Positions 47,158 through 56,819 of a DNA stretch of 64,000 nucleotides are shown here, in pieces. A model generated the notes under the pieces. That model searched no databases, was not told the DNA's origin, and worked only from the letters and a program-made list of their open reading frames with translations. Made by a program: the position numbers and the translations under genes. The number at the start of each line of letters is the position of its first letter. The stretch's first letter is position 1. Location of the stretch: positions 11,965 through 75,964 of the forward strand of contig CACOJW010000004.1 of assembly GCA_902627615.1 (NCBI GenBank), read 5' to 3'. The stretch comes from an uncultured marine group III euryarchaeote. Its GTDB lineage: Archaea > Thermoplasmatota > Poseidoniia > MGIII > CG-Epi1.

Positions 47158-48297
47158 TTAGAGCATTCCTGCTTTCTGGATTACCATTAATTGCTCTGTT
47201 GTTAATTTTTCCCCTGCAAGGAATTTTGCAAATAAATCCTCTGCACTAGCTGCGCTAGCCTTTTGATCTACGGAACTTCCAGTTCTGCCCTGAGATGCGG
47301 TCATCCTGTCGATTTCTTGCATCCCTCTCAAATATTCAATATATTCATTATGAACTTCGTCTGCTTTTTCTTTAGCTTTTACAAATAGCCTTTGAGCTGC
47401 GTCTGCCTTCCTACGTGTTTGACGATTGGTCCTCAATGAATCTTTCATTGAATGGTGAGCTGCTTGAGCCTCTTGCCGGCTTTTTTGCATTTTTTTACCT
47501 AAATCCCTTCGGCTGTTTTCTGCTTCCCTAAACTTGTCCCTAGCCTCTAAAACTTCAGTATCAGTTTCAATAAGATTATCGTGCTCTTTGATTTTATTTT
47601 GAAGTGAACTTATTTCATCAACTAAGGCTCTCTCTTTATCCGTAGTTAAAGGGGTAGTCATTTGCTTTATTTCTAACTCTTGAATTTGCTTTCTCAGACG
47701 GGAAACTGGAGGTAAATTGCGTCCTGAAAAGCGCTTGCGTTTTAATCTTAAAAAAGTATCTTTGAGTCCATTGACAACATCTGAAACTTCTCGTCTTTCA
47801 TCCCTAATTTGGCCTACTTCAACATTAAGCCCATTCCTTCTATCTCTGAATAAGTGTACATTATCCATATGCTCTTTGGCTTTATTGTTTAATTCATTGC
47901 GCTCAGAAGCATGCGTTTGAGATTGAAGATTTAGTTCATCCCTTTTAATTCTAAGAACTTCAGCTTCCTTGTGATACTTTTTTCGTAGTTCTCTTAATTG
48001 AGTACGTGAAAGGCTTTCTAATTCTTCTATAGTAAACAAAGATTTAGAATCATCTTCATCATTGTTTTCATTATCCAAGGATTGGTCAGTTTCTTCTTGG
48101 TCAGAGGCAGTTAATCTTTCAACAAGATCTGATTTCTTCCCAGATGTAGGTAAACCTAACTCTTTCAGTTTTTCTTTGAGTACTCCTACTGTTAACTTAC
48201 TGTATTCTAGGGCGTTTTCTGCAGAGCTTTCGCTCTCATTGGAAGGCTGATTGCCTTCTGTTGCTGCAGGGGCTTGGGTTTCCTGCTCGGAATCCAT
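47158..48297 (-). CDS. hypothetical coiled-coil protein with N-terminal SAP-like DNA-binding motif and acidic linker
   Basis: Residues about 30-65 (YSKLTVGVLKEKLKELGLPTSGKKSDLVERL) match the SAP motif consensus LxxLxVxELRxELxxRGLxxxGxKxxLIERL. The remainder is acidic then long R/K/E/Q-rich coiled coil. Confidence 0.4.
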   Translation of the reverse strand: MDSEQETQAPAATEGNQPSNESESSAENALEYSKLTVGVLKEKLKELGLPTSGKKSDLVERLTASDQEETDQSLDNENNDEDDSKSLFTIEELESLSRTQLRELRKKYHKEAEVLRIKRDELNLQSQTHASERNELNNKAKEHMDNVHLFRDRRNGLNVEVGQIRDERREVSDVVNGLKDTFLRLKRKRFSGRNLPPVSRLRKQIQELEIKQMTTPLTTDKERALVDEISSLQNKIKEHDNLIETDTEVLEARDKFREAENSRRDLGKKMQKSRQEAQAAHHSMKDSLRTNRQTRRKADAAQRLFVKAKEKADEVHNEYIEYLRGMQEIDRMTASQGRTGSSVDQKASAASAEDLFAKFLAGEKLTTEQLMVIQKAGML

Positions 48298-48332
48298 TGA
48301 ACTTCATATGGGGGATTAAACCCACATCAACC

Positions 48333-48647
48333 TCAACCGAAAAGAGCACCAAGACCGGATACAGCGTCTTCTTCGCTTACTTCTTCCTCTTCTTCTTCTT
48401 CGGCTTCTGCTGGTGCCTCTTCTGAAGATGCGGCTGCGGCTGCTGGTGCGGCGCCTGCAGCTGGTGCGGCGACGGCGGCTGTAGCCATTGCTTCCTCAAT
48501 ATCGACTCCTTCTAGAGAAGCTACAAGAGCCTCTGCTCTTGATTTATCTGCCTTGATGCCTGCGGCTTTCAAGACTTTCTCGACGCTCTTTGCGTCAACC
48601 TTTGCTCCTGCTGAGTGCAGTAACATTGCCGTATAGACGTATTCCAT
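48333..48647 (-). CDS. rpl12: 50S ribosomal protein L12 / acidic stalk protein P1
   Basis: [20 protein letters not shown]...[22 protein letters not shown], the archaeal P1 stalk protein with its conserved GLGALFG end. Confidence 0.85.
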   Translation of the reverse strand: MEYVYTAMLLHSAGAKVDAKSVEKVLKAAGIKADKSRAEALVASLEGVDIEEAMATAAVAAPAAGAAPAAAAASSEEAPAEAEEEEEEEVSEEDAVSGLGALFG

Positions 48648-48665
48648 TTTTTTGCCTCCTTTTTA

Positions 48666-49697
48666 TTATCCGAATAATGCTCCGAGGCCTGCGGCAGTAT
48701 CTTCCTCAGATGCTTCCTCTTCCTCTTCGTCTTCTTCATCCTCTTCTGAGGATGATGCTTCTTCCACTGAAGCTGGTGCAACAGCTGCTGCAGACGCAGC
48801 GTTACCCAACATTTCTTTCAACTCTTCATCAGCACCATCTCCGGCATGGCCTGCAACGCCAAGCATTGCTCCATGTGCTTTGGAGAGTAGAGCCTTGATA
48901 GTTGACTCAGATGGATATGCTGTTGAAACTGCTACAGCCAAAGCATCGCTATGTGCTTTAGACAGTAATGGTTTCATTACAGATCCAGTGAAATAACATG
49001 TATTGAATGCGAGATTGAAAGACTGAGCTGTAGCTGTTTGTATTGTGCTACGGAACTCTTCCATGTCTATGTCAAGAACATCTGAAAGGTAGAAAGTTTC
49101 TCCATCAAATGCTCCTAACAACTGCATTCCAACAGTTATCGGATAAATTTCAAGTTTGTCAAGTGCAGCGGCTACTTCAGCGCTAATTACTTCGCCTTCT
49201 GCTACAGCAGTATGTTTTTTTCTAATTACAATTTTCCCTTTTTCTATTGCTGCAGGAAATCCTGCGTTTTGGAAATCACCAACTATAGGTCCTGCTGGGA
49301 AAGCCGTAGGGCCTTTTTCGAGAACAATATCGTATGAAGCGATTTCTCCACCCTTAGCTGGAGCCATTGTCTGAGACTCTAACAGCATTTGGAAAATTTT
49401 AAACGGGCTCTCTTTAGAAGATAGTAACGCTAATTGACGTTGATCAAAAGCGTCTATAACTTGGTCAACACCTTTCTTATTTTTGGATGCTTCAGATAGT
49501 GCTAATTTTAGTAGCCTGTTACGAGACATTCTTAATTTTACACCCATTTCTCTCAAAGAAGCACGCATTGTTAGCATCTGCTTAGCTCCAATTCCTGTAA
49601 CATCAACAAGACCTACCACATTAGCGCCCTCGACAAATTGTTGTATTTCAGAAACTTCACTGCGCTTCCAATCTGCTACAAAAGCTTCAGGCTTCAT
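48666..49697 (-). CDS. rpl10: 50S ribosomal protein L10 / acidic stalk protein P0 (start probably at the downstream Met, giving ATGA overlap with L1)
   Basis: uL10 core plus a C-terminal stalk repeat ending EEDTAAGLGALFG. The ORF-track start at 49736 would overlap L1 by 43 nt; the Met at 49697 gives the typical 4-nt overlap. Confidence 0.85.
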   Translation of the reverse strand: MKPEAFVADWKRSEVSEIQQFVEGANVVGLVDVTGIGAKQMLTMRASLREMGVKLRMSRNRLLKLALSEASKNKKGVDQVIDAFDQRQLALLSSKESPFKIFQMLLESQTMAPAKGGEIASYDIVLEKGPTAFPAGPIVGDFQNAGFPAAIEKGKIVIRKKHTAVAEGEVISAEVAAALDKLEIYPITVGMQLLGAFDGETFYLSDVLDIDMEEFRSTIQTATAQSFNLAFNTCYFTGSVMKPLLSKAHSDALAVAVSTAYPSESTIKALLSKAHGAMLGVAGHAGDGADEELKEMLGNAASAAAVAPASVEEASSSEEDEEDEEEEEASEEDTAAGLGALFG

Positions 49698-50392
49698 CCC
49701 AACCTCACCGCCTTGCCCATTGTAGTTTTGACCCAAATTGATGCAATATTGTCTGAACCTCTATCGAGATTGGACTCAACACGTTTTAAAATAGTCTCAA
49801 GATTTTCTGCCAATTGGTCTTGCGACATAGAAATATTTCCAAATGGAACATGGAAAGTTGGACGATCCTTAGATCTTACTGGGACTAAATTAGTTAAACT
49901 GTTAATAATTCTTTCAATATCTGCTTGTGGAGGAATAGGTCTGGGCATTTTTCCACGAGGACCCAAAACAACACCAAGACTTTTACCGATTGTAGCCATT
50001 AATCCAGTCTCAGCAACGAAGAAATCAAATTTATCTGCCAATTTTCTAGCTTCTCTTTTGTTTTCAGAGAGCTCATCTATTTGTTCTGGACCAAGGACTG
50101 TATCAACTATCTTCTTAGAGATAACTGCCATTTCACCCTGTGCAAAAACTGCAACGCGTGCTGGCCTACCTCTTCCATGCGGAAGAGCAACCTCTGCATT
50201 AATCCTCTTTTGAGGATTTTGTAAATCAACATCACGAAGATTTATTGCAACTTCTACAGTCTCAACGAACTTACGCTCCTTATCTGATTTGAGGGCATCC
50301 TCAATTACCTGATTTACTTTATTTGATGCGATGGTTTCACCTCCGTAGTAAGGCGAGATTACATCTCTGCTACGGTATCTCGTCGGAGACAT
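49694..50392 (-). CDS. rpl1: 50S ribosomal protein L1 (uL1)
   Basis: 232 aa with the uL1 two-domain fold; motifs such as GKSLGVVLGPRGKMP and position before P0 are diagnostic. Confidence 0.9.
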   Translation of the reverse strand: MSPTRYRSRDVISPYYGGETIASNKVNQVIEDALKSDKERKFVETVEVAINLRDVDLQNPQKRINAEVALPHGRGRPARVAVFAQGEMAVISKKIVDTVLGPEQIDELSENKREARKLADKFDFFVAETGLMATIGKSLGVVLGPRGKMPRPIPPQADIERIINSLTNLVPVRSKDRPTFHVPFGNISMSQDQLAENLETILKRVESNLDRGSDNIASIWVKTTMGKAVRLG

Positions 50393-50457
50393 GGGGATAT
50401 ATAAAATTATTCAATTTTTCGATTGATATCTTTAAGTACTTGTTTTACAAATAAGGT

Positions 50458-51366
50458 TTGGTACCTGTGATAAAGGCAACAAACGTCGTTAAACAATATG
50501 GCAATCTCAAGGCATTAGATAATTTTTCTATAGAGATACCTGCAGGTAAAGTGGGAATTTTAGGCCCTAACGGTGCCGGAAAAAGCACATTCGTTAAAAT
50601 TGCTCTTGGGTTATTAACTCCAACTAGCGGCGAAATTACTGTCTTAGGTGAAACTCTAACTAAAAATACTACTGAGATTCGCAGAAAAATTGGATATATG
50701 CCTGAACATGACTGTATACCTAACGAAATGACTGGTGTTGAATTTTTGATAGAAATGGGAATGGTTTCCGGAATGAGTTTGGCAGGAGCTACAGAAAGAA
50801 CTCACGAAATTTTAGGACATCTAAGAATGGGGGAAGAAAAGTATCGACTTATTGGCGAATATTCAGGAGGTATGCGTCAAAAAATAAAATTAGCCCAAGG
50901 TCTAATTCACGCACCTGAAGTTGTATTTTTAGATGAACCTACTTCAGGACTTGATCCTAATGCCAGAAGAGAAATGTTGGAAACAATAAACGGTTTGACG
51001 GATGTAAGCACCACTAAAGTTTTACTCAGCACACATATCCTTCAAGATGTTGAAACTGTTTGTGACTCAGTCATAATTGTCAAAGACGGGAAACTGCAAA
51101 TGCAAGAAGACGTCAAAGCAATTGTAGGTGAAAAAAGTAATTTTGTTCAAGTTAGAATAGGAGGAGAATCTGAGAATTTTATTTCCGAACTAAAAAAGAA
51201 AAAAATTACTGTGGAAGATGACGGTCGTGTGCTAATAATACCATACGTAGACCACTCAACATATGATGACATTATAGACGCTTCTGTGAAAAGTGAATGC
51301 TCGTTATATGAAATGGAAAGGACCTCTCAATCAATGGATAGTGTTTACCAGGAGATAATTGAATGA
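50458..51366 (+). CDS. ABC transporter ATP-binding protein (ABC-2 exporter type)
   Basis: Walker A GPNGAGKST, ABC signature YSGGMRQK, Walker B VVFLDEPTSGLD. Confidence 0.8.
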   Translation: MVPVIKATNVVKQYGNLKALDNFSIEIPAGKVGILGPNGAGKSTFVKIALGLLTPTSGEITVLGETLTKNTTEIRRKIGYMPEHDCIPNEMTGVEFLIEMGMVSGMSLAGATERTHEILGHLRMGEEKYRLIGEYSGGMRQKIKLAQGLIHAPEVVFLDEPTSGLDPNARREMLETINGLTDVSTTKVLLSTHILQDVETVCDSVIIVKDGKLQMQEDVKAIVGEKSNFVQVRIGGESENFISELKKKKITVEDDGRVLIIPYVDHSTYDDIIDASVKSECSLYEMERTSQSMDSVYQEIIE

Positions 51367-52298
51367 GGGAGAAGGCCCAACTGTCTGATCGCTTTAGGGA
51401 TTTTGATGCAAACCTAACAACAAGACCTTGGATAGTTCTCGGCATGGGTTTGAGGAAATTCAATAGATTATTAACACTAAAAACATGGAACGGTCTTGGT
51501 ATTTGGTTAATGATAGCTGTTGTTTACCTACTAACATTTATTAGATTTATATTATTCATTGAGCCTGAAGATTATCCCTGTGTTGATCTTAACGATGAAT
51601 ATCAAAGATGTGTTCCGCTTGATTTTTATGGCGATTTGTTAGGAAATGCAGGAGGTACTAAACTCTTTCTAATTGCAATTGCTGCAACTGCAAGCGGCGG
51701 AATTATTGGAAATGATATGGCGAATAAATCCATTCACTTGTATCTATCAAGACCAATAAGCAGATTAGATTATCTTATTGCTAGATTCATTCCAGTTTTT
51801 ATCTTATTGCTGTTAGTAACTGCATTGCCCAATTATATGATTCTAAGTTCTATGTGGTCAGGTAATGGCTTAGAAACTTCATGGTTGCTAGACAGAAAAT
51901 GGCTTATTGTTAATATAATGCTTCAAGGAATACTTTACTCGGGAACGTATTCTATAATTGGATTAACATTCTCAACACTAATTAAAAAAGAAGGGATTGC
52001 TTCGAGTACTTTTTTCCTGTTCGTTTATGGTACTTCTTTAGTATGTGAGACTTTCTTTACAATTTTAAATGCATTTGATATAGATGAAGCTGACTACATA
52101 CTATTACTATCAATAAATCATGTAGTTGATATGTTGAGTTATTTAATATTCGATACCAAATACTATGTTATAGCATTCTTTACGCCCCGGGAAGTAGATA
52201 TTGGAAGCGTGGAGCTCATTGCAGTTTTTACAGTTATTTTTGCAGGATGTGCTGGTTTCATGTACTGGATTATTCAGCAAATGGAGGCTAATAAATGA
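51363..52298 (+). CDS. ABC-2 family transporter permease
   Basis: Polytopic membrane protein translationally coupled (4-nt overlap) to the preceding ATPase. Confidence 0.55.
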   Translation: MREKAQLSDRFRDFDANLTTRPWIVLGMGLRKFNRLLTLKTWNGLGIWLMIAVVYLLTFIRFILFIEPEDYPCVDLNDEYQRCVPLDFYGDLLGNAGGTKLFLIAIAATASGGIIGNDMANKSIHLYLSRPISRLDYLIARFIPVFILLLLVTALPNYMILSSMWSGNGLETSWLLDRKWLIVNIMLQGILYSGTYSIIGLTFSTLIKKEGIASSTFFLFVYGTSLVCETFFTILNAFDIDEADYILLLSINHVVDMLSYLIFDTKYYVIAFFTPREVDIGSVELIAVFTVIFAGCAGFMYWIIQQMEANK

Positions 52299-53233
52299 AT
52301 ATAAAACTTGAACAAGTTACTAAAAATTATGGTAACGTACAAGGAATCTCAAACATAAATTTAGAAGTCAGCAGGGGTATAACAGGAATACTAGGTCCAA
52401 ATGGAGCTGGTAAATCAACTACAATGAAAATAATTTTAGGATTATCTCGGCCATCAAGAGGCAGGATAACTGTTAATGGAAAAAATCCCTTTGATGATTG
52501 GGAGTTAAAGAAAGATTTTGGCTTTGTCCCTGAATATGACTGCTTTTACGAACATATGTCTGGTTTGGAATTTGTGTGCTACTTTCTTAGAATGCATGAC
52601 TTCCAAAGAGAAGAGGCCGAAAAAAGAGCAAGAGAAGCCCTTACTGAATTGGGATTAGAAGAGGCCATGGAAAGAAAGATTAATACTTATTCAAGAGGCA
52701 TGCGGCAAAAAACTAAGGTTGCAAGAGCCACTGTGTTTAATCCTAGAGTACTGGTTATGGATGAACCTTTTCAAGGTGCAGATCCAACCACAAGAATGCT
52801 TTTGATGAAGAAAATGACTGAATGGGCTGAAAATGGTAAGACTATTCTAATTTCAAGTCATATTTTACATGACATCCAAAGCCTAACTGATAATATTGCT
52901 TTAATCAATAATGGAAAAATGTTGGCTCATGGAAATCGCCACGAAATAAGAAATCTAATCAATATACCAAGACCAATAACTATAGTTCCTGTAAAAGATG
53001 GAAATTTAAGAAAATTAGCTAAAAGACTTTTAGATGAAAAATGGACTAAGGCAACTTCGATCGATGAGGATACCAACGAATTAACTGTCGAAACTACTCA
53101 AACAGAGGATGTATATTTAGAAATACCAAAAATCCTTCAAAAGGAAAAAATAACTGTTGAAAGAATATATTCTGAAGACGATTCTCTAGACTCATTATAT
53201 GCAAAATTAGTGGAGGGTCATCAATGGAAATAA
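52295..53233 (+). CDS. ABC transporter ATP-binding protein (second ABC-2 type ATPase)
   Basis: Walker A GPNGAGKST, signature YSRGMRQK, Walker B VLVMDEPFQGAD. Confidence 0.8.
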   Translation: MNIKLEQVTKNYGNVQGISNINLEVSRGITGILGPNGAGKSTTMKIILGLSRPSRGRITVNGKNPFDDWELKKDFGFVPEYDCFYEHMSGLEFVCYFLRMHDFQREEAEKRAREALTELGLEEAMERKINTYSRGMRQKTKVARATVFNPRVLVMDEPFQGADPTTRMLLMKKMTEWAENGKTILISSHILHDIQSLTDNIALINNGKMLAHGNRHEIRNLINIPRPITIVPVKDGNLRKLAKRLLDEKWTKATSIDEDTNELTVETTQTEDVYLEIPKILQKEKITVERIYSEDDSLDSLYAKLVEGHQWK

Positions 53234-54132
53234 TAGATAAAATTGGAAAGCTGCCAGATATAGTTCAGTCCTTTGCTAAGCGATCAAAAAATTTATTTCC
53301 ACCAATTGCTAAAGATTGCATATATCGACTATTGGTGAATAAAATCACCTGGATAGTAGTAGCAATACTATTGCTTCCATGTGTATTAGGTGTAGTAATA
53401 TATTTTCAAACTGATGAAGATAGGCAGGTCCGAGAATCAAACGGTGAGAAAGTATATTATGATGAAGATGGAGATTTAATACATGAAGATGCAAGAGAAG
53501 AATTTCTGAATATATTTGATTTATTTGTAATAAGTTTTGTAGCTATAATAATGGCTATAATTTTTAGTTCTGAATTAATCAACGAGGAATTTGAAAATAA
53601 AACAATGCAACTACTAAGAACAACCCCCATTCATCCCTTCGAAATTATACTCCATAGATATTTGGCTGGAGTAATTTCCATGTTCGCTATTTTAGGTTTA
53701 AACGCAATTATATTTTACTATGCTGTCATGATGCCCTCTGGAACACATGGAATTCTCGAAAACTTAGATGTTCTGCTCATGGTTTTACAAATTTTACTAT
53801 TTGAAAGTTTAGCATTTATCGCCATTTTTTGTGTTTTTACCACATATTTAGAAAAGCCTTACTTGGTTGGAATAATTTATTGGATTGTATGGGAAAGCTT
53901 CGTTTCTACTCAAAATTACCAACAATTAACCATAACTCACTATTTGAATTCAATGATTTTTAACTCGACAAAAGCAATGGGATGGGATGTCCAGGCAAGT
54001 GATTTTAATTTAGTAAATAGTAATGAGGAAATCCTTGCTACTGAACCATTTACTGCAATGCTAATTATAGTAGTGATAGCAATTCTTTCACTTATTTTAG
54101 CTTCAAGAGGAATAGCAAATAGACAATTCTAA
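53224..54132 (+). CDS. ABC-2 family transporter permease (second)
   Basis: 6-TM membrane protein overlapping the preceding ATPase gene. Confidence 0.55.
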   Translation: MEIIDKIGKLPDIVQSFAKRSKNLFPPIAKDCIYRLLVNKITWIVVAILLLPCVLGVVIYFQTDEDRQVRESNGEKVYYDEDGDLIHEDAREEFLNIFDLFVISFVAIIMAIIFSSELINEEFENKTMQLLRTTPIHPFEIILHRYLAGVISMFAILGLNAIIFYYAVMMPSGTHGILENLDVLLMVLQILLFESLAFIAIFCVFTTYLEKPYLVGIIYWIVWESFVSTQNYQQLTITHYLNSMIFNSTKAMGWDVQASDFNLVNSNEEILATEPFTAMLIIVVIAILSLILASRGIANRQF

Positions 54133-54161
54133 AGTTTTATTAAAAGGTCAAAATAGGACGA

Positions 54162-55313
54162 ATGCTTATGGCTAAGAGAGATTATTACGAAATTCTGGGA
54201 ATTGCGAAAGACTCCGACGAGAGAGCTATCAAGAAAGCATACCGTAAGTTAGCTAGAACTCACCACCCCGACGCTAGTTCAGAAAGCCCAGAGGTGGCTG
54301 AGAAAAAGTTCAAAGAAATTTCTGAGGCCTATGAAGTATTAGCTGACGCCGATAAAAGATCAAGGTACGATAGATTTGGTCATAAGGGTGTTGATTTTGA
54401 TGGCGGTGGATTCTCATGGGATCAATTTAGCCACGGTGCTGATATTTCAGACCTTTTTGGTCAATTATTTGGGGGTGGACAAAGAGGAGGTATGGGTGAT
54501 GTCTTTGGTCAATTCTTTGGTGGAGGTCAGAGAGGTCCTAACAATAGAGGTGATGATCTCCGATATGATATTACTATGACTTTAGAAGAAGCATACAAAG
54601 GAATTACCAAAGAAGTTGAAATCCCAAGAGATGGTCCTTGTAAAAAATGTAGTGGCTCTGGTGCTGCAGAAGGAGGTACTGCTAGAACTTGTAACACTTG
54701 CAGAGGACAAGGTATGGTTCAAAGAATGACAAGAAGAGGATTCATGTCAACTGTAAGTACTGATACTTGTTCCGATTGTAACGGAACTGGAAAATCTATC
54801 GACAAACCATGCAGTGGCTGTAAAGGTTCAGGAATTGTATCAATTAATAAGAAAATAAAATTGCAAATCCCTCCTGGTGCAGATCACGGATTTAGATTAA
54901 GAATGCGAGGACAAGGAAGTGCAGGACCCAATAACGGACCAAAAGGGGACCTGTACATAGTTGTGAATGTGAAAAAGCACGAAATTTTCCAAAGACAAGA
55001 TAATGAGATTATATTTGATTTGGAAATAAGTCCGGCCCAAGCTGTGATTGGAGATAGCCTAAGAGTTCCAACTCTATCAGGTAATGTTAAACTAAAAATA
55101 CCTTCAGGAACTCAATCCGGTGACGTGCTCAGATTAAAAGGAAAAGGAATGCCTGATATTTCGAGACCTAGTCTCGTTGGCAGTCAACATGTAAGAATAA
55201 ATGTTAAAGTACCCAAACCTACTGGTAAAACAAGGAAACTATGGGAACAATTAAGAGATTTAGACTCGGAAAAACCTTCGTTTCTAGACAGGATAATGGG
55301 TAAATTTGGCTGA
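54162..55313 (+). CDS. dnaJ: molecular chaperone DnaJ (Hsp40); true start probably Met3 (MAKRDYYEILG)
   Basis: J-domain with HPD (YRKLARTHHPD), Gly/Phe-rich linker, four CxxCxGxG zinc-finger repeats, and C-terminal client-binding domains. Confidence 0.85.
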   Translation: MLMAKRDYYEILGIAKDSDERAIKKAYRKLARTHHPDASSESPEVAEKKFKEISEAYEVLADADKRSRYDRFGHKGVDFDGGGFSWDQFSHGADISDLFGQLFGGGQRGGMGDVFGQFFGGGQRGPNNRGDDLRYDITMTLEEAYKGITKEVEIPRDGPCKKCSGSGAAEGGTARTCNTCRGQGMVQRMTRRGFMSTVSTDTCSDCNGTGKSIDKPCSGCKGSGIVSINKKIKLQIPPGADHGFRLRMRGQGSAGPNNGPKGDLYIVVNVKKHEIFQRQDNEIIFDLEISPAQAVIGDSLRVPTLSGNVKLKIPSGTQSGDVLRLKGKGMPDISRPSLVGSQHVRINVKVPKPTGKTRKLWEQLRDLDSEKPSFLDRIMGKFG

Positions 55314-56292
55314 AGACGACGATTACTCACAAGATAGTGAAGCATACCGCAAATGGAGGAGCGGTGAAGATAATGACAGATATGCGTCATCGAAAACCCC
55401 TTCAGAAACAGGAGCAAGAAGTGAAAACTATACTACCTCTAAATCTGAAAATGTTGAATATGCTCTTCCGGATGAGGATGATAATTCTGAGAAACTACCC
55501 CTATATGTTTGGGTGATTCTCATTGTTCCAACAATTCTTTTTGTTATTATAGCAACTGGTGCAATTGACCTCCCATTTGGTGACGGAGAATCAAATGGGA
55601 CAAATCCTAGTGAATGGCCTTCTGTTGAAGGAACTATAGAAAATACACTCGTTTTAGATAAATTCATAACCGAAGAATATTGTGAAGACGAAAATGATGA
55701 TGGATATTTTGATGACAATGAATGCTGGAAAGATTTTGTTTACGTCGCTGAAGTATCTTACATCTACACTGTCGAGGATACGAGTGATGTAAATGGCCAA
55801 AAAGGTTGTGAAGGTTGTTTCTATGGAGAAACAGTAGAATTATGGGAGAGTCACTGGGTGGACGTTCTAAAGAGAGAGGGAGAAGATAAATTATTCCAAG
55901 AATTTATCAATGCAACGGATGAGCGCTTGGCAGTTAACTCTACAGTGAAAATATTTTACAATCCCGAAAACGCTAGCGAGGTGTATAGTGAATTTGGACC
56001 TCTCGACGATTTAGATTTTGGTGGAATATCGACGTTATTATGCTTAGGTGGATTTTCATGCTTCACATTTATACTTGCCGCATTTATCATGGGCGGGCTT
56101 CGGGTCAGTGCTGATGGTGGAGACTACGGACTAAATCGCAGTGGTTCTTTTGGAGTATTTGGATCTGATAACAACCGTAGTGGAAGAAGAAATAATCGAG
56201 CCGTCAGGAGAAGTGGAGGAAGTAGTCGTAGCGGCGGCGGAGGAAGAAGTGGTAGTGGAAGCCGGAGTGGCGGTGGTGGTCGAAGACGTTGA
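55306..56292 (+). CDS. hypothetical two-TM membrane protein (DUF3592-like topology) with C-terminal Arg/Gly/Ser-rich (RGG/RS-like) tail; TTG start overlapping dnaJ stop
   Basis: Acidic N-terminus, TM1 (LPLYVWVILIVPTILFVIIATGAI), about 170-aa Cys-containing ectodomain, TM2 (ISTLLCLGGFSCFTFILAAFIMGGL), then RSGRRNNRAVRRSGGSSRSGGGGRSGSGSRSGGGGRRR. No ATG is available, so the start is inferred as TTG at 55306. Confidence 0.4.
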   Translation: MAEDDDYSQDSEAYRKWRSGEDNDRYASSKTPSETGARSENYTTSKSENVEYALPDEDDNSEKLPLYVWVILIVPTILFVIIATGAIDLPFGDGESNGTNPSEWPSVEGTIENTLVLDKFITEEYCEDENDDGYFDDNECWKDFVYVAEVSYIYTVEDTSDVNGQKGCEGCFYGETVELWESHWVDVLKREGEDKLFQEFINATDERLAVNSTVKIFYNPENASEVYSEFGPLDDLDFGGISTLLCLGGFSCFTFILAAFIMGGLRVSADGGDYGLNRSGSFGVFGSDNNRSGRRNNRAVRRSGGSSRSGGGGRSGSGSRSGGGGRRR

Positions 56293-56819
56293 TTCTTAAT
56301 CCATTCAAATATTATTCCAAAAAATACAAAGAACGTAATCTAAACTCAAAACAACTGGCTAAGATGATGAATCGTTGGCCTCCGTCAATAGCTAATAGAA
56401 TTAAAGTTGTGAGTATAAGTGATGATTTTATGAAAGCTAAAATGATCATTACACAATCATGGCTTAATAGTGCCTTTGACAAAATAATGTTTGGAGGAAC
56501 TACATACTCTGGAATGGATATGTACTATGGAATGGCCCTTCCTTTAATCTTGAGTAAAAGAGGTATTGATGCCTATGTTTTTACAAAAGAAGCGAACATC
56601 AAATATCTCAAAGCTGTGAAAAGTGACTTGACTGTCATCTTTGAGTTAACAAAAGAAGATATTGACTCATATGTCAATGGAATAAATCAAAATAACAAAC
56701 ATGAAGAATGGCTAATTGTAAAAGGTTATGACAAAGAAAATGAACTTTGCGCAGAGACAAAACTATTAACTTATGTCAGAAATTGGCCAAGAAGCGGCAA
56801 AGATGAAAATCAATATTGA
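56289..56819 (+). CDS. hypothetical protein, possible hotdog-fold (DUF4442/YiiD-C-like thioesterase) domain
   Basis: 176 aa in an overlapping gene chain with dnaJ and the Rieske oxygenase. Weak resemblance to hotdog-fold acyl-CoA thioesterase-like proteins. The start codon is uncertain (TTG at 56289, or internal ATGs). Confidence 0.3.
   Translation: MILNPFKYYSKKYKERNLNSKQLAKMMNRWPPSIANRIKVVSISDDFMKAKMIITQSWLNSAFDKIMFGGTTYSGMDMYYGMALPLILSKRGIDAYVFTKEANIKYLKAVKSDLTVIFELTKEDIDSYVNGINQNNKHEEWLIVKGYDKENELCAETKLLTYVRNWPRSGKDENQY

Noticed and set aside
48569-50213. Overlapping ORFs on both strands across the L12/P0/L1 region, including Ala/Ser/Pro-rich and poly-Ser translations (48590-48898, 48652-48996, 49156-49374, 49483-49725, 49638-50213)
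   Set aside because: They are alternate frames of the Ala/Glu-rich acidic stalk repeats and of the L1/P0 genes. The ribosomal protein frames are unambiguous.
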